From an uncultured Gammaproteobacteria bacterium (GTDB lineage Bacteria; Pseudomonadota; Gammaproteobacteria; Xanthomonadales; SZUA-36): a stretch of 64,000 nucleotides of DNA. A program made the translations under genes and the position numbers. Below are positions 29,817 to 38,552 of the stretch, one piece after another; positions within the stretch are counted from its first letter, which is position 1; every line of letters begins with the position of its first letter. The notes under the pieces were generated by a model. The model worked only from the letters and a program-made list of their open reading frames with translations. It ran no database searches and was not told the DNA's origin. The DNA lies in NCBI GenBank assembly GCA_942491555.1, contig CALOBN010000006.1, positions 128,505 to 192,504 on the forward strand, in the 5' to 3' direction.

Positions 29817-30800
29817 CTAATCGCCGCGAAACAGACTTTGATTCTCGCGGATAATGTTCCAGTCAATAGGAATTCCTGGAAACGAGTCCGGTCCCGTGAC
29901 GATTTCGCGTTCTGGCTTAACTTCCTCCAAACGGCGAGAATCATTAATCCTGTGATTACCAATAACAACAGTGTTGGTTTCAGTTCCCAAATCGAAAAAA
30001 TGAGTATCACGCGACCAGCTTTCTGTTGATTCCTGACTGGCTATCGCTAAGTCAGAAAATCGTCTCCTGAAGCTTTTCAGCAAGGGCGTTCTAAAACCCA
30101 GGTCGTTCGTTGCCTGGTCTACAGCGAATTCTGCAACAGCATGATCAATGCCAAGCACGGACACATCGTAGGCTGGAAACCGACAACAGAGTGAGAATCC
30201 AACATTGGTTGGCCAAACTCCGAAGTCCCACCCAAGACCTTTTGAAGCACGATGCCATGCCGCCTTCCAACCCAGAGGGGCCTCGCGCGAAAACAGCATG
30301 TCCCACTGGACATAATTTTTGGTGGCCAGGATCTTAAAAGAGGGCAGTTCTCCAAGACGATACGCCAGGCGCACATTATCTTTCAGAGCACGGAAAAAGT
30401 TTTCAGGAAGCGTGTCATCGTCATCAACATTCGTTGTCAGCACGAAGTCTGGTGCGCTCCCTTCCCAGAATTGATTCAGCCAACGGATGTTCCCCAAGGG
30501 GAGTTCCACATCAAAATTGATCACGAATGTTCGAGGGCGATTCTGAATTAACCGACTCAATCGAGCCCTGTATGAATCGGGCAAATTCGGATCAACAACC
30601 AGAACCCAGTCAAAGTCCTGATCAGTCTGAGACAGTATGCCCGGGAGAGCTGTTGCCTCGAACAACACAAATCTCATATCGAGCCTGGAGGGACTTAAAG
30701 GATCATCTTTGCTATGCAAAACCGCACCTTCCTGGACAGAAGGAGGCCGGTAGCTGAACCTGGTAATGACAACGTGTCGTAGCGATAGATTTTGAGTCAT
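29817..30800 (-). CDS. putative glycosyl/rhamnosyl transferase family protein
   Basis: ATG 30800. The N-terminus HVVITRFSYR and the internal TTNVDDDDTLPENFF resemble the family annotated as putative rhamnosyl transferase. AT-rich. Confidence 0.6.
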   Translation of the reverse strand: MTQNLSLRHVVITRFSYRPPSVQEGAVLHSKDDPLSPSRLDMRFVLFEATALPGILSQTDQDFDWVLVVDPNLPDSYRARLSRLIQNRPRTFVINFDVELPLGNIRWLNQFWEGSAPDFVLTTNVDDDDTLPENFFRALKDNVRLAYRLGELPSFKILATKNYVQWDMLFSREAPLGWKAAWHRASKGLGWDFGVWPTNVGFSLCCRFPAYDVSVLGIDHAVAEFAVDQATNDLGFRTPLLKSFRRRFSDLAIASQESTESWSRDTHFFDLGTETNTVVIGNHRINDSRRLEEVKPEREIVTGPDSFPGIPIDWNIIRENQSLFRGD

Positions 30801-30917
30801 GGGCAGTTCGTTAGTGCGTAACTTTCAGATCTGTAAGCGTCGGAGCGGAAAGATTTCTCGAAAATGGCGTCGATGATGGCGCGGGTGTCAACCGGTTCGG
30901 GGCGCTTGCCCGCGCCC

Positions 30918-32951
30918 TCAGCTGTCGGCCGGGCTCAGCCCCAACAGGTCAATGAACCTCGGATGATGCCGAAGGTTTGTGAAAGCGGGATTGTGGGTCC
31001 ACCATGTGCCGCGATAGGGCGTTGGCGAGGACAGGATCTTCGCCATCGTGTCCAGCGCGCGGCGATCATCACCAACCCTGGCAAAGATCTCCGCAGCGCA
31101 ATAGGCAACGTCCGACCAGCGCAGGGCATCGCGCTGCCTGGGCATCATTGCCAACGCTCGCTCGGCCATTTCGATCGCCTCGTCGCGGTCGCCAAGATAC
31201 GCCAGCGCCAGGCCGAGACCGAGAATCATTCGTTCGTCAGTTGGGTTTTTCTCAGCCTCGCGACGCAGCAGGATCAGGGCCTCCTGCAGCATGGCGCGGC
31301 CCTCCAGTTCACGTCCGGTGGCCTCAAGCAGCATGCCCTGCACCAGTTCCACGGGCAGATAAACGTGCTGCATGACCAGCACCGCCTCCGGGTAGTTTTC
31401 GATACGCGCAAGTGCTTCTTCGGGCTTGCCTTCGAACGAGGACTGCAGAACCCAGAACCATGCCGGATAGGTGGACAGCGCGTCGGGAAAGCGAGATAAG
31501 TGCTCGCGCGCGCACGCCAGTGATGCGTCGCCACCGCCAGTCCAGCAAATCATGACGCCCATGAGGTAAGTCCACTCATCGTCGGGATTGATGGTCCGGG
31601 CCTTTCGGTTGATTTCCGCCGCATCCGCGTCCCGGCCAAGGAACAGGCGCGTGTAGGCAACCTCGTTCATCGTGTTAGCGTTAAGAGGGTCGAGCGCCAT
31701 GGAACGCTCCAGGGCCTCCAGACCCTGCTCAATCAGGCCCTGGCGACGCCACAAAAAGCCCAGCCGGGCCAGCACTTTGGCGTCGTTCGGTCGCTCGTTG
31801 TAGACCGCTGAGTACTCGATCAGGGCCGGATCCCAATCCCGCCGGCGATAGTGATACTCACCGAGGGCGAGTCGTGCGTCCTCACCTGAGGGGTCGATCT
31901 CCAACGCTCGCTCAACGGATTCCAGGCCACGTAATAGTTGTTCCGGTCGGGTATCGTAACCAAACCAGTAAAGACCAAAATCGGCCTCGGCAAGTGATAC
32001 CCACGCCGCTTTAAATACCGGATCCAGGGTGGTCGCCTGGGCAAGTAACAGTCGCGCCTGGCGAAAATCCTGCTCCGCCCCGTGGCCTTCCGGCAGTATC
32101 TGGATGCCCTTGAGGTACGCCTCCCACGCGAGCGCGCTCTGTGTCGGAGCGGTCCCCAGGTCGGCCCGCTCCGGCGCGGACAGGGTGATACGCAACTGCT
32201 CGGCCACCTCCAGCGCGATCTCCGACTGAACGGCAAGGGCGTTCTCGAAAGGCCGGTCCAGTTGCGCTGACCACACCTGCGTATTGTCAGCGACGCGTAT
32301 TACCTCCGGAATAACCCGCACCAATGCCTCGCCAACTTCATTGCGCTCCCAGAAAACGTTGCCAAGCAATACGTAATCGGCCCCCATCGCCAACCCGAAC
32401 TCACTCGGCGTCTGCGTCGAGCCCTTGAAGGCCTTGGCACTGGAGGGCGAAAGCAGCGCCAGCCCCCGAAGACCGGAAAGCCGGCTGCCCAACTCCGCAG
32501 TCAGACCGTCGGCGAGAAATGAGTCCGCAGGGGCACCGAGGTTCAAAAAGGCGAGTATCGCCAGGCGCGGGATGGTTTCAGACACTTCGATAAAGGGCGC
32601 TTGTGAAGGCAGCGCAGATGGTTCCGACACCGGCTTCCCGGGGCGATCTCCTGAACCCAGCGAGATCAGGGCGAATAATGTACCCGCAACGATCAGGGTC
32701 AGAATCGCCGCCTCGCTCCGCAGGACACGCTGATGGCCGCGCTCCCCATGAAACCAGGCAAGGGTGAGCACCAGTGGCAGGCCCCCGACAAGCAGCACGT
32801 GCAGGGCCCTCACCCCCGCCATTGGCAGGTTCCAGGGCTCGGCCACCACCTCGGCCACCTGCGCCACGACCCAGGCGGTAGCGACGTAGACCAGGGCCCA
32901 CTGGATGAGCTTGCGTTGTCGCAGTTTTTCGAGGGCGGACAATGCGGTCAT
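30918..32951 (-). CDS. membrane-anchored TolB-N-like / TPR repeat protein (paralogous architecture to 22188..24365)
   Basis: ATG 32951. LRQRKLIQWALVYVATAWVVAQV N-terminal TM region, RLAILAFLNLG module, then TPR repeats to the C-terminus. Confidence 0.75.
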   Translation of the reverse strand: MTALSALEKLRQRKLIQWALVYVATAWVVAQVAEVVAEPWNLPMAGVRALHVLLVGGLPLVLTLAWFHGERGHQRVLRSEAAILTLIVAGTLFALISLGSGDRPGKPVSEPSALPSQAPFIEVSETIPRLAILAFLNLGAPADSFLADGLTAELGSRLSGLRGLALLSPSSAKAFKGSTQTPSEFGLAMGADYVLLGNVFWERNEVGEALVRVIPEVIRVADNTQVWSAQLDRPFENALAVQSEIALEVAEQLRITLSAPERADLGTAPTQSALAWEAYLKGIQILPEGHGAEQDFRQARLLLAQATTLDPVFKAAWVSLAEADFGLYWFGYDTRPEQLLRGLESVERALEIDPSGEDARLALGEYHYRRRDWDPALIEYSAVYNERPNDAKVLARLGFLWRRQGLIEQGLEALERSMALDPLNANTMNEVAYTRLFLGRDADAAEINRKARTINPDDEWTYLMGVMICWTGGGDASLACAREHLSRFPDALSTYPAWFWVLQSSFEGKPEEALARIENYPEAVLVMQHVYLPVELVQGMLLEATGRELEGRAMLQEALILLRREAEKNPTDERMILGLGLALAYLGDRDEAIEMAERALAMMPRQRDALRWSDVAYCAAEIFARVGDDRRALDTMAKILSSPTPYRGTWWTHNPAFTNLRHHPRFIDLLGLSPADS

Positions 32952-33020
32952 AAAAGTTTCCTGGCCAGTGCCGGAAATATATCAGGCTTTTGTATCCGGG
33001 CCCATCAGCTGACTGGAGAT

Positions 33021-33135
33021 CTATCGCTGGTTCTGGCTTTCCCGGTTCAGGTTGTACTTCATGATGCGTCCGTGGCGATCGGTGATATCCCGCTCAAGGT
33101 CAAATACGTCCATGGCCTGGACCCGCATTTGCAAG
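33021..33135 (-). pseudogene. orphan 3'-end fragment of an aldo/keto reductase paralog
   Basis: 33046-33111 matches 35282-35347 (3' end of the intact AKR gene) at 54/66 nt. The minus-strand translation DVFDLERDITDRHGRIMKYNLNRES..* compares with the intact DVFDLERDKSGRHGRIMKYNLNED*. Confidence 0.75.
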
Positions 33136-33271
33136 CGAAATCGCTTTTGTGCTGGCGGACGAAGAGCCCAGCGGTGATCTTTGGCTATATGAAGCGGCTA
33201 GCGCACGACGACACCCTGGTCTGGCTCCAGCTCATCCACGACGGCAACCAGGAAATCTGGCAGGTTAATTA

Positions 33272-33473
33272 ATGCCCTCGAAAACGCAGACTTATGAGTC
33301 TCGAAAGAGAACTGGCGCTGCAGGTTACTGAGGAACACGAGGCTGGCGTCTCCGTTCCTGACATCACCCGTTGTCACGGCGTGGCTGAGAACAGCATCTG
33401 TCGATGGAGCGCGCACCATACCTCAGATGCATCGTTTGAGTGCATTCGATCCGTTTTACCCTGCTATCGGTAG
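33272..33473 (+). mobile_element. relic of IS3-family transposase orfA (HTH_Tnp_1), frameshifted and truncated
   Basis: The ATG 33272 frame gives MPSKTQTY, and a +1 shift continues SLERELALQVTEEHEAGVSVPDITRCHGVAENSICRW. This matches the IS3 OrfA pattern (E.EAG.SV.D..R.HG.S....YRW). It then degenerates, with no orfB and no inverted repeats seen. Confidence 0.7.
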
Positions 33474-33480
33474 TCTTACC

Positions 33481-35181
33481 CTAGTCCGCGCGCATCGTCT
33501 CATCACTGCGGCCATCCCAGTACAAACCAGTGATGCTGGCTACCCGCCCGGAATCGTCGCGGTTGAAGCGCATGCGAAACCAGTGCACGCCCTCGATGGT
33601 GAAGACGTCCTTATCCAGCGGTAGCAGCAGACTGTCCGATGACGCGCCCTGCCGGCTGTATATCAACCCTTCCCCGGAACTTCGGATCAGCCGAGGACCG
33701 AACTGGCCGACGTAGTCATTGAGTAATTCTGAATCCGGTTGGTAGGCCTTCTCCGCCGAAGCGAGTCCGTCCTGCAACCAGGCGAGACGCGGCACGATTG
33801 CTTCTTCGCGTGCGGGGTCTGCATCCAGCGCGGCCTCATAGTCTTCTACCGCGCCCGCATAATTGTTCATCCGGGTCCGAATGTCAGCACGACTCTCCAG
33901 CCACATCGCTCCCCCAAATCGATCCACGCCCCAATCCGCAATGCGCCCCGCCAGCACAAATTCGCCCTGCTCAACCAGGAAGGACCCAACGCGCTGAGCT
34001 TCATTGCCAGCAATGTCCTCCGGCAAATCGGACAAAATACCCTCAATGGCCTCGAATGCCTCATCCCCCGACAGCTGCGTCACCGCGTGGCGGAGCGCCT
34101 TGCGCGCCTGGAACCCCGGAGCGTCCCAGCGGTAATAGTCCAGGTAACGAAGGGCCCAGTAGGTGTCATCAAAGGCCAGGTCCAGCACGTCCTCGGTGAT
34201 CGACAACCCCAGCGAGGTGTTCGTGAAATAGACCAGGCCGTCTTTTGTTCCCGGATAGGCCAGCACGAAGCAGCGGAAGTTGCCGTTGTCACCCCAGTGC
34301 CAGATCGCGGGTTCGCCATCACCCTGCTGAAAGCCCCAGCCCAGGGTCCAGCCCAGGTATTCCCAGGTGCTCTCGTCACCCCAGCCGCCAATGTCCGACT
34401 GCTGCAACACCATGGCTTCGGCCAGTTCTGCAGGCAGACCTTCACCATCCATAACGGCGATCAGGAAACGCGCATAATCAAGCGCCGTGGTATGCAGACT
34501 GGCTGCGGCGTTCGCTGATTCAGGCCGCACTTTCTCAGCGGGCTGACCGCCCAGGTCATGCGGACTGGCTGCTTTTTGATCGTAGGCCCCGGTCCAGATG
34601 AAAGAAGAGGAAGACATGCCCAGCGGCTCGAAGACCTCCTCCCTGGCCAGTTCATTCAGGGTTTTACCCGTGCGTCGTTCGAGCATGGTGGCCAGGTACA
34701 CAAACCCTTCACCGGAGTAGTTCCAGGTGCTGCCCGGGTCATGATTCATTTCAAGAGGTGTGCCGCCCCAGTTGGGCAGCCCGGAGTTGTGGGTCAGAAC
34801 CATGCGCGCGGTGATTTCGCGGGCACGCGGATCATGGGCCAACCGTTCGTAACCCGCCTCGTCCCAGAGCGGTTTATCCAGATCCAGCAGCCCGCGCGCT
34901 GCCAGTTTCAGGGTGATGTAAGCGACCACGGGCTTGCTCAGCGAAGCGGCCTCGAACACCGTATCTTCGGTCACCGCCTCTTTGGTATTCCTGTCCTTGA
35001 CCCCAAGCGCGTAACTCCAGAGGATCTCGCCTTCTTGGATGCGTGCGATGCTCAAACCAGGAATCTCCGCCTGGCCCATCAGCTCGACAAGCGCCGGCGG
35101 CGGAGGGGTCGGCGTTTGAGCAGCAAGGCCTATGGGCAGTGCCATCATCAAGACGAGGCAAACAGCAGAGATATGATTCAT
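33481..35181 (-). CDS. beta-lactamase-fold serine hydrolase (class C/PBP4*-like) with extra C-terminal domain, exported
   Basis: ORF 33481..35271; likely start ATG 35181 (MNHISAVCLVLMMALPIGLAA). SxxK motif ASLSKPV, a YSGEG block, and a ~200-aa C-terminal extension. Confidence 0.8.
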   Translation of the reverse strand: MNHISAVCLVLMMALPIGLAAQTPTPPPPALVELMGQAEIPGLSIARIQEGEILWSYALGVKDRNTKEAVTEDTVFEAASLSKPVVAYITLKLAARGLLDLDKPLWDEAGYERLAHDPRAREITARMVLTHNSGLPNWGGTPLEMNHDPGSTWNYSGEGFVYLATMLERRTGKTLNELAREEVFEPLGMSSSSFIWTGAYDQKAASPHDLGGQPAEKVRPESANAAASLHTTALDYARFLIAVMDGEGLPAELAEAMVLQQSDIGGWGDESTWEYLGWTLGWGFQQGDGEPAIWHWGDNGNFRCFVLAYPGTKDGLVYFTNTSLGLSITEDVLDLAFDDTYWALRYLDYYRWDAPGFQARKALRHAVTQLSGDEAFEAIEGILSDLPEDIAGNEAQRVGSFLVEQGEFVLAGRIADWGVDRFGGAMWLESRADIRTRMNNYAGAVEDYEAALDADPAREEAIVPRLAWLQDGLASAEKAYQPDSELLNDYVGQFGPRLIRSSGEGLIYSRQGASSDSLLLPLDKDVFTIEGVHWFRMRFNRDDSGRVASITGLYWDGRSDETMRAD

Positions 35182-35271
35182 TGGCGGGTGTCCTTTCAAG
35201 TATAAAAAGTATAAATCGCCGTTGTGGACAATCGGCCATGATAAAGGAGTCTTTGCCGTGGCCTGAAGCAA

Positions 35272-36327
35272 TCAGTCCTCGTTGAGGTTGTACTTCATAA
35301 TGCGGCCGTGGCGGCCGGATTTATCCCGCTCCAGGTCGAAGACATCCCCGGGCGGTACGTTCATTTGCTGTTGCACGCGGTTAAGCGCCTCCAGGTCCTG
35401 CTTGCGAAGACTAAAACGGAACAGCTCTGCATAGCGGTGCAAATGGGCCCGGTTACGCGCGCCGATAATGACCGCAGCCACGCGGGGTTGCTCCAGCACC
35501 CATCGACAGGCCACCGAGGCAAGACTGACGTTGTGATGATCGCCAATCATTCTGAGAGTCTCGAGCAGTGACTGAAACAGATCCCAGCCCCCGGCCTCTT
35601 CAATCACCAGGCGGTATTTCACCAGTGAGCGGTTTTCCAGCAGTGAAACCTCCGCCTGGGTCTCGGTAACCCCAAGCCAGCGATCGCTCAGAAAGCCCCC
35701 GGCGAGCGTGCCGTAACACAACAGGTGCAGCCCATGCCCTGCACAGAGTTCTACCAGGCCTTTTTCGGGCCGGGTATCGAGCAGCGAATACTGAACCTGG
35801 GTGGTGGTCAGGGAAATGCCCGACTCGATAATCTCCCCGGTAACCTGCCGGTTGAAGTTGGTCAGGGACAGGCGGTCAATCTTGCCTGCCTGCCTCAGGT
35901 CCTGCAGCCAGCCCGCCGCTTCCAGGTAGCCGGGAATGTCCGTGTTCCACCAGTGAAACTGCACCATGTCCAGGCGTTCCTGGCGCAGGCGGTGCAGCGA
36001 GCGGTCAATAATGCGTTCCACGTCGCCGCGACGCAGGGTGCCGAGCTGGGCGTAGTCCGGGACATATTTGCTGTGAACCTTCACCGGAAGCGGGTGGTCG
36101 CTGGCGCGGTTTGCCGCGAGAAAGTCCCCGATCAGTGCCTCAACACCGGTGTAGATATCCGCGCAGTCAAAGGTGTCGATACCCAGCTCCGCAAAGGCAC
36201 GCATATCCCCCAGGGGATCCTGCAATCCCTGCTCACTGTGTCCCTCGGCAAGCTGCCAGCCGCCCTTGATAACTCGTGATATGGCGTAGTCCGGGTCGAG
36301 GTGGAAACGTTCGATCATTCTTTCCAC
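35272..36327 (-). CDS. aldo/keto reductase
   Basis: 351 aa. GIDTFDCADIYTG, MVQFHWW, LSLTNF and CYGTLAGGFLS blocks are typical of the AKR superfamily. Confidence 0.9.
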   Translation of the reverse strand: MERMIERFHLDPDYAISRVIKGGWQLAEGHSEQGLQDPLGDMRAFAELGIDTFDCADIYTGVEALIGDFLAANRASDHPLPVKVHSKYVPDYAQLGTLRRGDVERIIDRSLHRLRQERLDMVQFHWWNTDIPGYLEAAGWLQDLRQAGKIDRLSLTNFNRQVTGEIIESGISLTTTQVQYSLLDTRPEKGLVELCAGHGLHLLCYGTLAGGFLSDRWLGVTETQAEVSLLENRSLVKYRLVIEEAGGWDLFQSLLETLRMIGDHHNVSLASVACRWVLEQPRVAAVIIGARNRAHLHRYAELFRFSLRKQDLEALNRVQQQMNVPPGDVFDLERDKSGRHGRIMKYNLNED

Positions 36328-36668
36328 GGATTATCGTCGGGCAAAGGTTCAATGGTGGTTTCATCACGGTTCACCACCTGTTTACCAATGCGACTGATGC
36401 GGAACCGGCCGCCACAATGCGGGTCCGGGCAGGCGATCACGTGATCGGTGGCCATCCAGTCATATTCATTCAGGGGCCGCTGTTTGGTGGGCAGGAGCGG
36501 CAGCAGTGCCGCCAGGGCGTACATGGAAAACGGCTTGCCGGTCTCGAAATGGAGGTTCTCACCACGAACCTCGAAAGAACTACCCACCTCATGGCGGCAC
36601 ACGAAGGGACGATCGCCTTCAATGGTCTCCACGCGGAGGTCGTAAAGGGTAAACTGCGGATCATTCAT
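36315..36668 (-). CDS. small Cys/His-containing protein (TIGR04076-like, tentative)
   Basis: ORF 36315..36686; ATG 36668 (MNDPQFTLYDLRVETIEG...). Contains CRHEVG and CPDPHCGG motifs. Its last 13 nt overlap the AKR start, which suggests translational coupling. Confidence 0.5.
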   Translation of the reverse strand: MNDPQFTLYDLRVETIEGDRPFVCRHEVGSSFEVRGENLHFETGKPFSMYALAALLPLLPTKQRPLNEYDWMATDHVIACPDPHCGGRFRISRIGKQVVNRDETTIEPLPDDNPWKE

Positions 36669-36767
36669 GAATCTACCTGCATGCATGTGGTGCCCCCAAT
36701 TATGACTCCAAACTCATCGCTGAACACTCACCGCTCCACTCCGCCGCTGACAGCCCGGGTAATAACA

Positions 36768-37448
36768 GTGAAAAAGCAGCTGCTTACGCTGTTCTTGCTC
36801 ACCAGCCTGTCCCTGCTGTCTCTATCGACAAATGCCCGTGCCAATAGCGCGGCAGAAGCCGTGGTGGAGAACTACATTTCCGCATGGAAAGCGTTCTACC
36901 CCAGCCGCGCCTTTGCCTACGGAGACGCGGAAAGCGCTGACGCCTTTGAAAACTTTTCCGGGGAAAAAGTCCCCGGGTGGCTCGAGTTGAATGCCCGCAC
37001 CGCCAACCAGGCCCGGACCTTGCTTGACGATGCCGAACTTGACGATCGTGTTCTCGACATAGAAACACGAACCAACCTCCTCGTGCTGCATGGACAGGCG
37101 GTGAATGAGCAGGCCACCTGGCGCGAGGATGAACCACTCACCCGGCAGCCGCAGTGGTACGCGGGACAGGTTTCCCAGGCCCTGACCCACTTGATGGTCC
37201 GTGACCAGCTGTCGGCTGCTGCACGACAACAGGCCCTCGTGACACGGCTCAATGGGGTCGCAGCACTGTGCCAGCTGGGCGCTGAACAGCTCACCGGGGG
37301 CAATGCGCTGCGCACGCAACGCGCCATTCGCACCCTGGCTGGCACGCGGTCGTTCTATGCGGATGACCTCCCTGCCCTGGTTGAACGCTGGAATGAAGAA
37401 ACAGAATCGGCATCTGACCCCGCCACGACGCAGGCCATTGGCCATTAA
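36768..37448 (+). CDS. DUF885 family protein, N-terminal part (ends at in-frame TAA)
   Basis: The coding part of ORF 36276..37448 begins at GTG 36768 (VKKQLLTLFLLTSLSLLSLSTNARA signal peptide). The upstream part of the ORF is antisense to two real genes. Stop TAA at 37446-48. Confidence 0.65.
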   Translation: MKKQLLTLFLLTSLSLLSLSTNARANSAAEAVVENYISAWKAFYPSRAFAYGDAESADAFENFSGEKVPGWLELNARTANQARTLLDDAELDDRVLDIETRTNLLVLHGQAVNEQATWREDEPLTRQPQWYAGQVSQALTHLMVRDQLSAAARQQALVTRLNGVAALCQLGAEQLTGGNALRTQRAIRTLAGTRSFYADDLPALVERWNEETESASDPATTQAIGH

Positions 37449-37454
37449 CAGGCG

Positions 37455-38537
37455 GTGGACGCCATCACCGCCCTGGAAGCACGGCTCAACGCCCTGCTCC
37501 CCTCGCTCCCGGAAGACCCGGCCATGGGCGCCGACCTCTACGCCGCCAAACTGGCACGGCGCATTGGCCCGGAGCTGACACCCGACCAGCTTCTCGCGCG
37601 TGCGCTGGAAGAAATGCGCCAGGTGCGGGCGCTCATGGTGGCCGAGTCCTGGCGCTGGTATCAAAACCTTGATTCAGCAGATCCGGCAACCGGCGAAAAC
37701 CCGGAACTGTCCAATGAAGAGGTACTGACGCTGGCCCTGGAGGCCATGGAAGCTGCCCGGGTAGACAACCAGGCGGATTTTCTCGCCCAGTTTGAATTCC
37801 TCACCGCCGCCTCGGAACGCTTCGTGGTGGAAAACGCCATTGCCACGGTGCCCACACCCACCACCTTGTACGTCGCCTTGTCCCCGGCCCATTTCAGCGG
37901 CGCCGCCGTGGGCGGTGTGTACCCCAGCGGCCCCTTTGACCCGCAGGCAGACACGCTGTTTTATATTCCCTCCGTTCCCGACGATGCACCCCAGGAAGCG
38001 CGGGACGGCTTCTATCGTTCCTTCAACGATCACTTCAATGCCATGATCATTTCCCACGAGATGTTCCCGGGGCACTATCTGCAATACAAGGTGGCGGTCA
38101 GTGAAGCACCGCCGATCCGGTCCCTGTTCTCCAATGGTGCCTATACCGAGGGCTGGGGGAGCTTTGTTGAAGAACTTCTGCTGGACGCAGGATGGGCCGA
38201 CAACGCGCCCCTGACGCGCCTGGCGCATTTGCGTAAACGACTGGAAAACGCCACCCGCGCCACCGTGAGTGTGCAGGTGCATACCGCCGGGTGGGATCGC
38301 GAGCAGGTGCTTGAATTTGCCCGGGAAGAAGGACTGCTGGCGCCCCAGTTTGCTGAGAACCTGTGGCAACGCGTGGTGAACTCGCCGCTGCAGATCACCA
38401 CCTATTTTGTCGGCTGGACCCAATTCCAGGAACTCTTTGCGCAGCGCCCGGAAGGCCCGCTGATGCCCTGGGTGGATGGCGTACTTCGAGCGGGCCCGGT
38501 GCCCATGAATTTGCTGCCGCCACTGCTGGCCAAATGA
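37455..38537 (+). CDS. DUF885 family protein, C-terminal part (HExxPGH metallopeptidase-like motif)
   Basis: Same reading frame as 36768..37448, resuming 2 codons after the TAA. ISHEMFPGHYLQY matches the DUF885 HE..PGH.LQ block. No SD before GTG 37455. Confidence 0.7.
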   Translation: MDAITALEARLNALLPSLPEDPAMGADLYAAKLARRIGPELTPDQLLARALEEMRQVRALMVAESWRWYQNLDSADPATGENPELSNEEVLTLALEAMEAARVDNQADFLAQFEFLTAASERFVVENAIATVPTPTTLYVALSPAHFSGAAVGGVYPSGPFDPQADTLFYIPSVPDDAPQEARDGFYRSFNDHFNAMIISHEMFPGHYLQYKVAVSEAPPIRSLFSNGAYTEGWGSFVEELLLDAGWADNAPLTRLAHLRKRLENATRATVSVQVHTAGWDREQVLEFAREEGLLAPQFAENLWQRVVNSPLQITTYFVGWTQFQELFAQRPEGPLMPWVDGVLRAGPVPMNLLPPLLAK

Positions 38538-38552
38538 TCCCGGGCTGACTGC

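Noticed and set aside
36276-36767. N-terminal 164 codons of ORF 36276..37448
   Set aside because: This stretch is antisense to the AKR start and the small Cys/His gene. A clean signal peptide begins only at GTG 36768, so the long extension is not coding.
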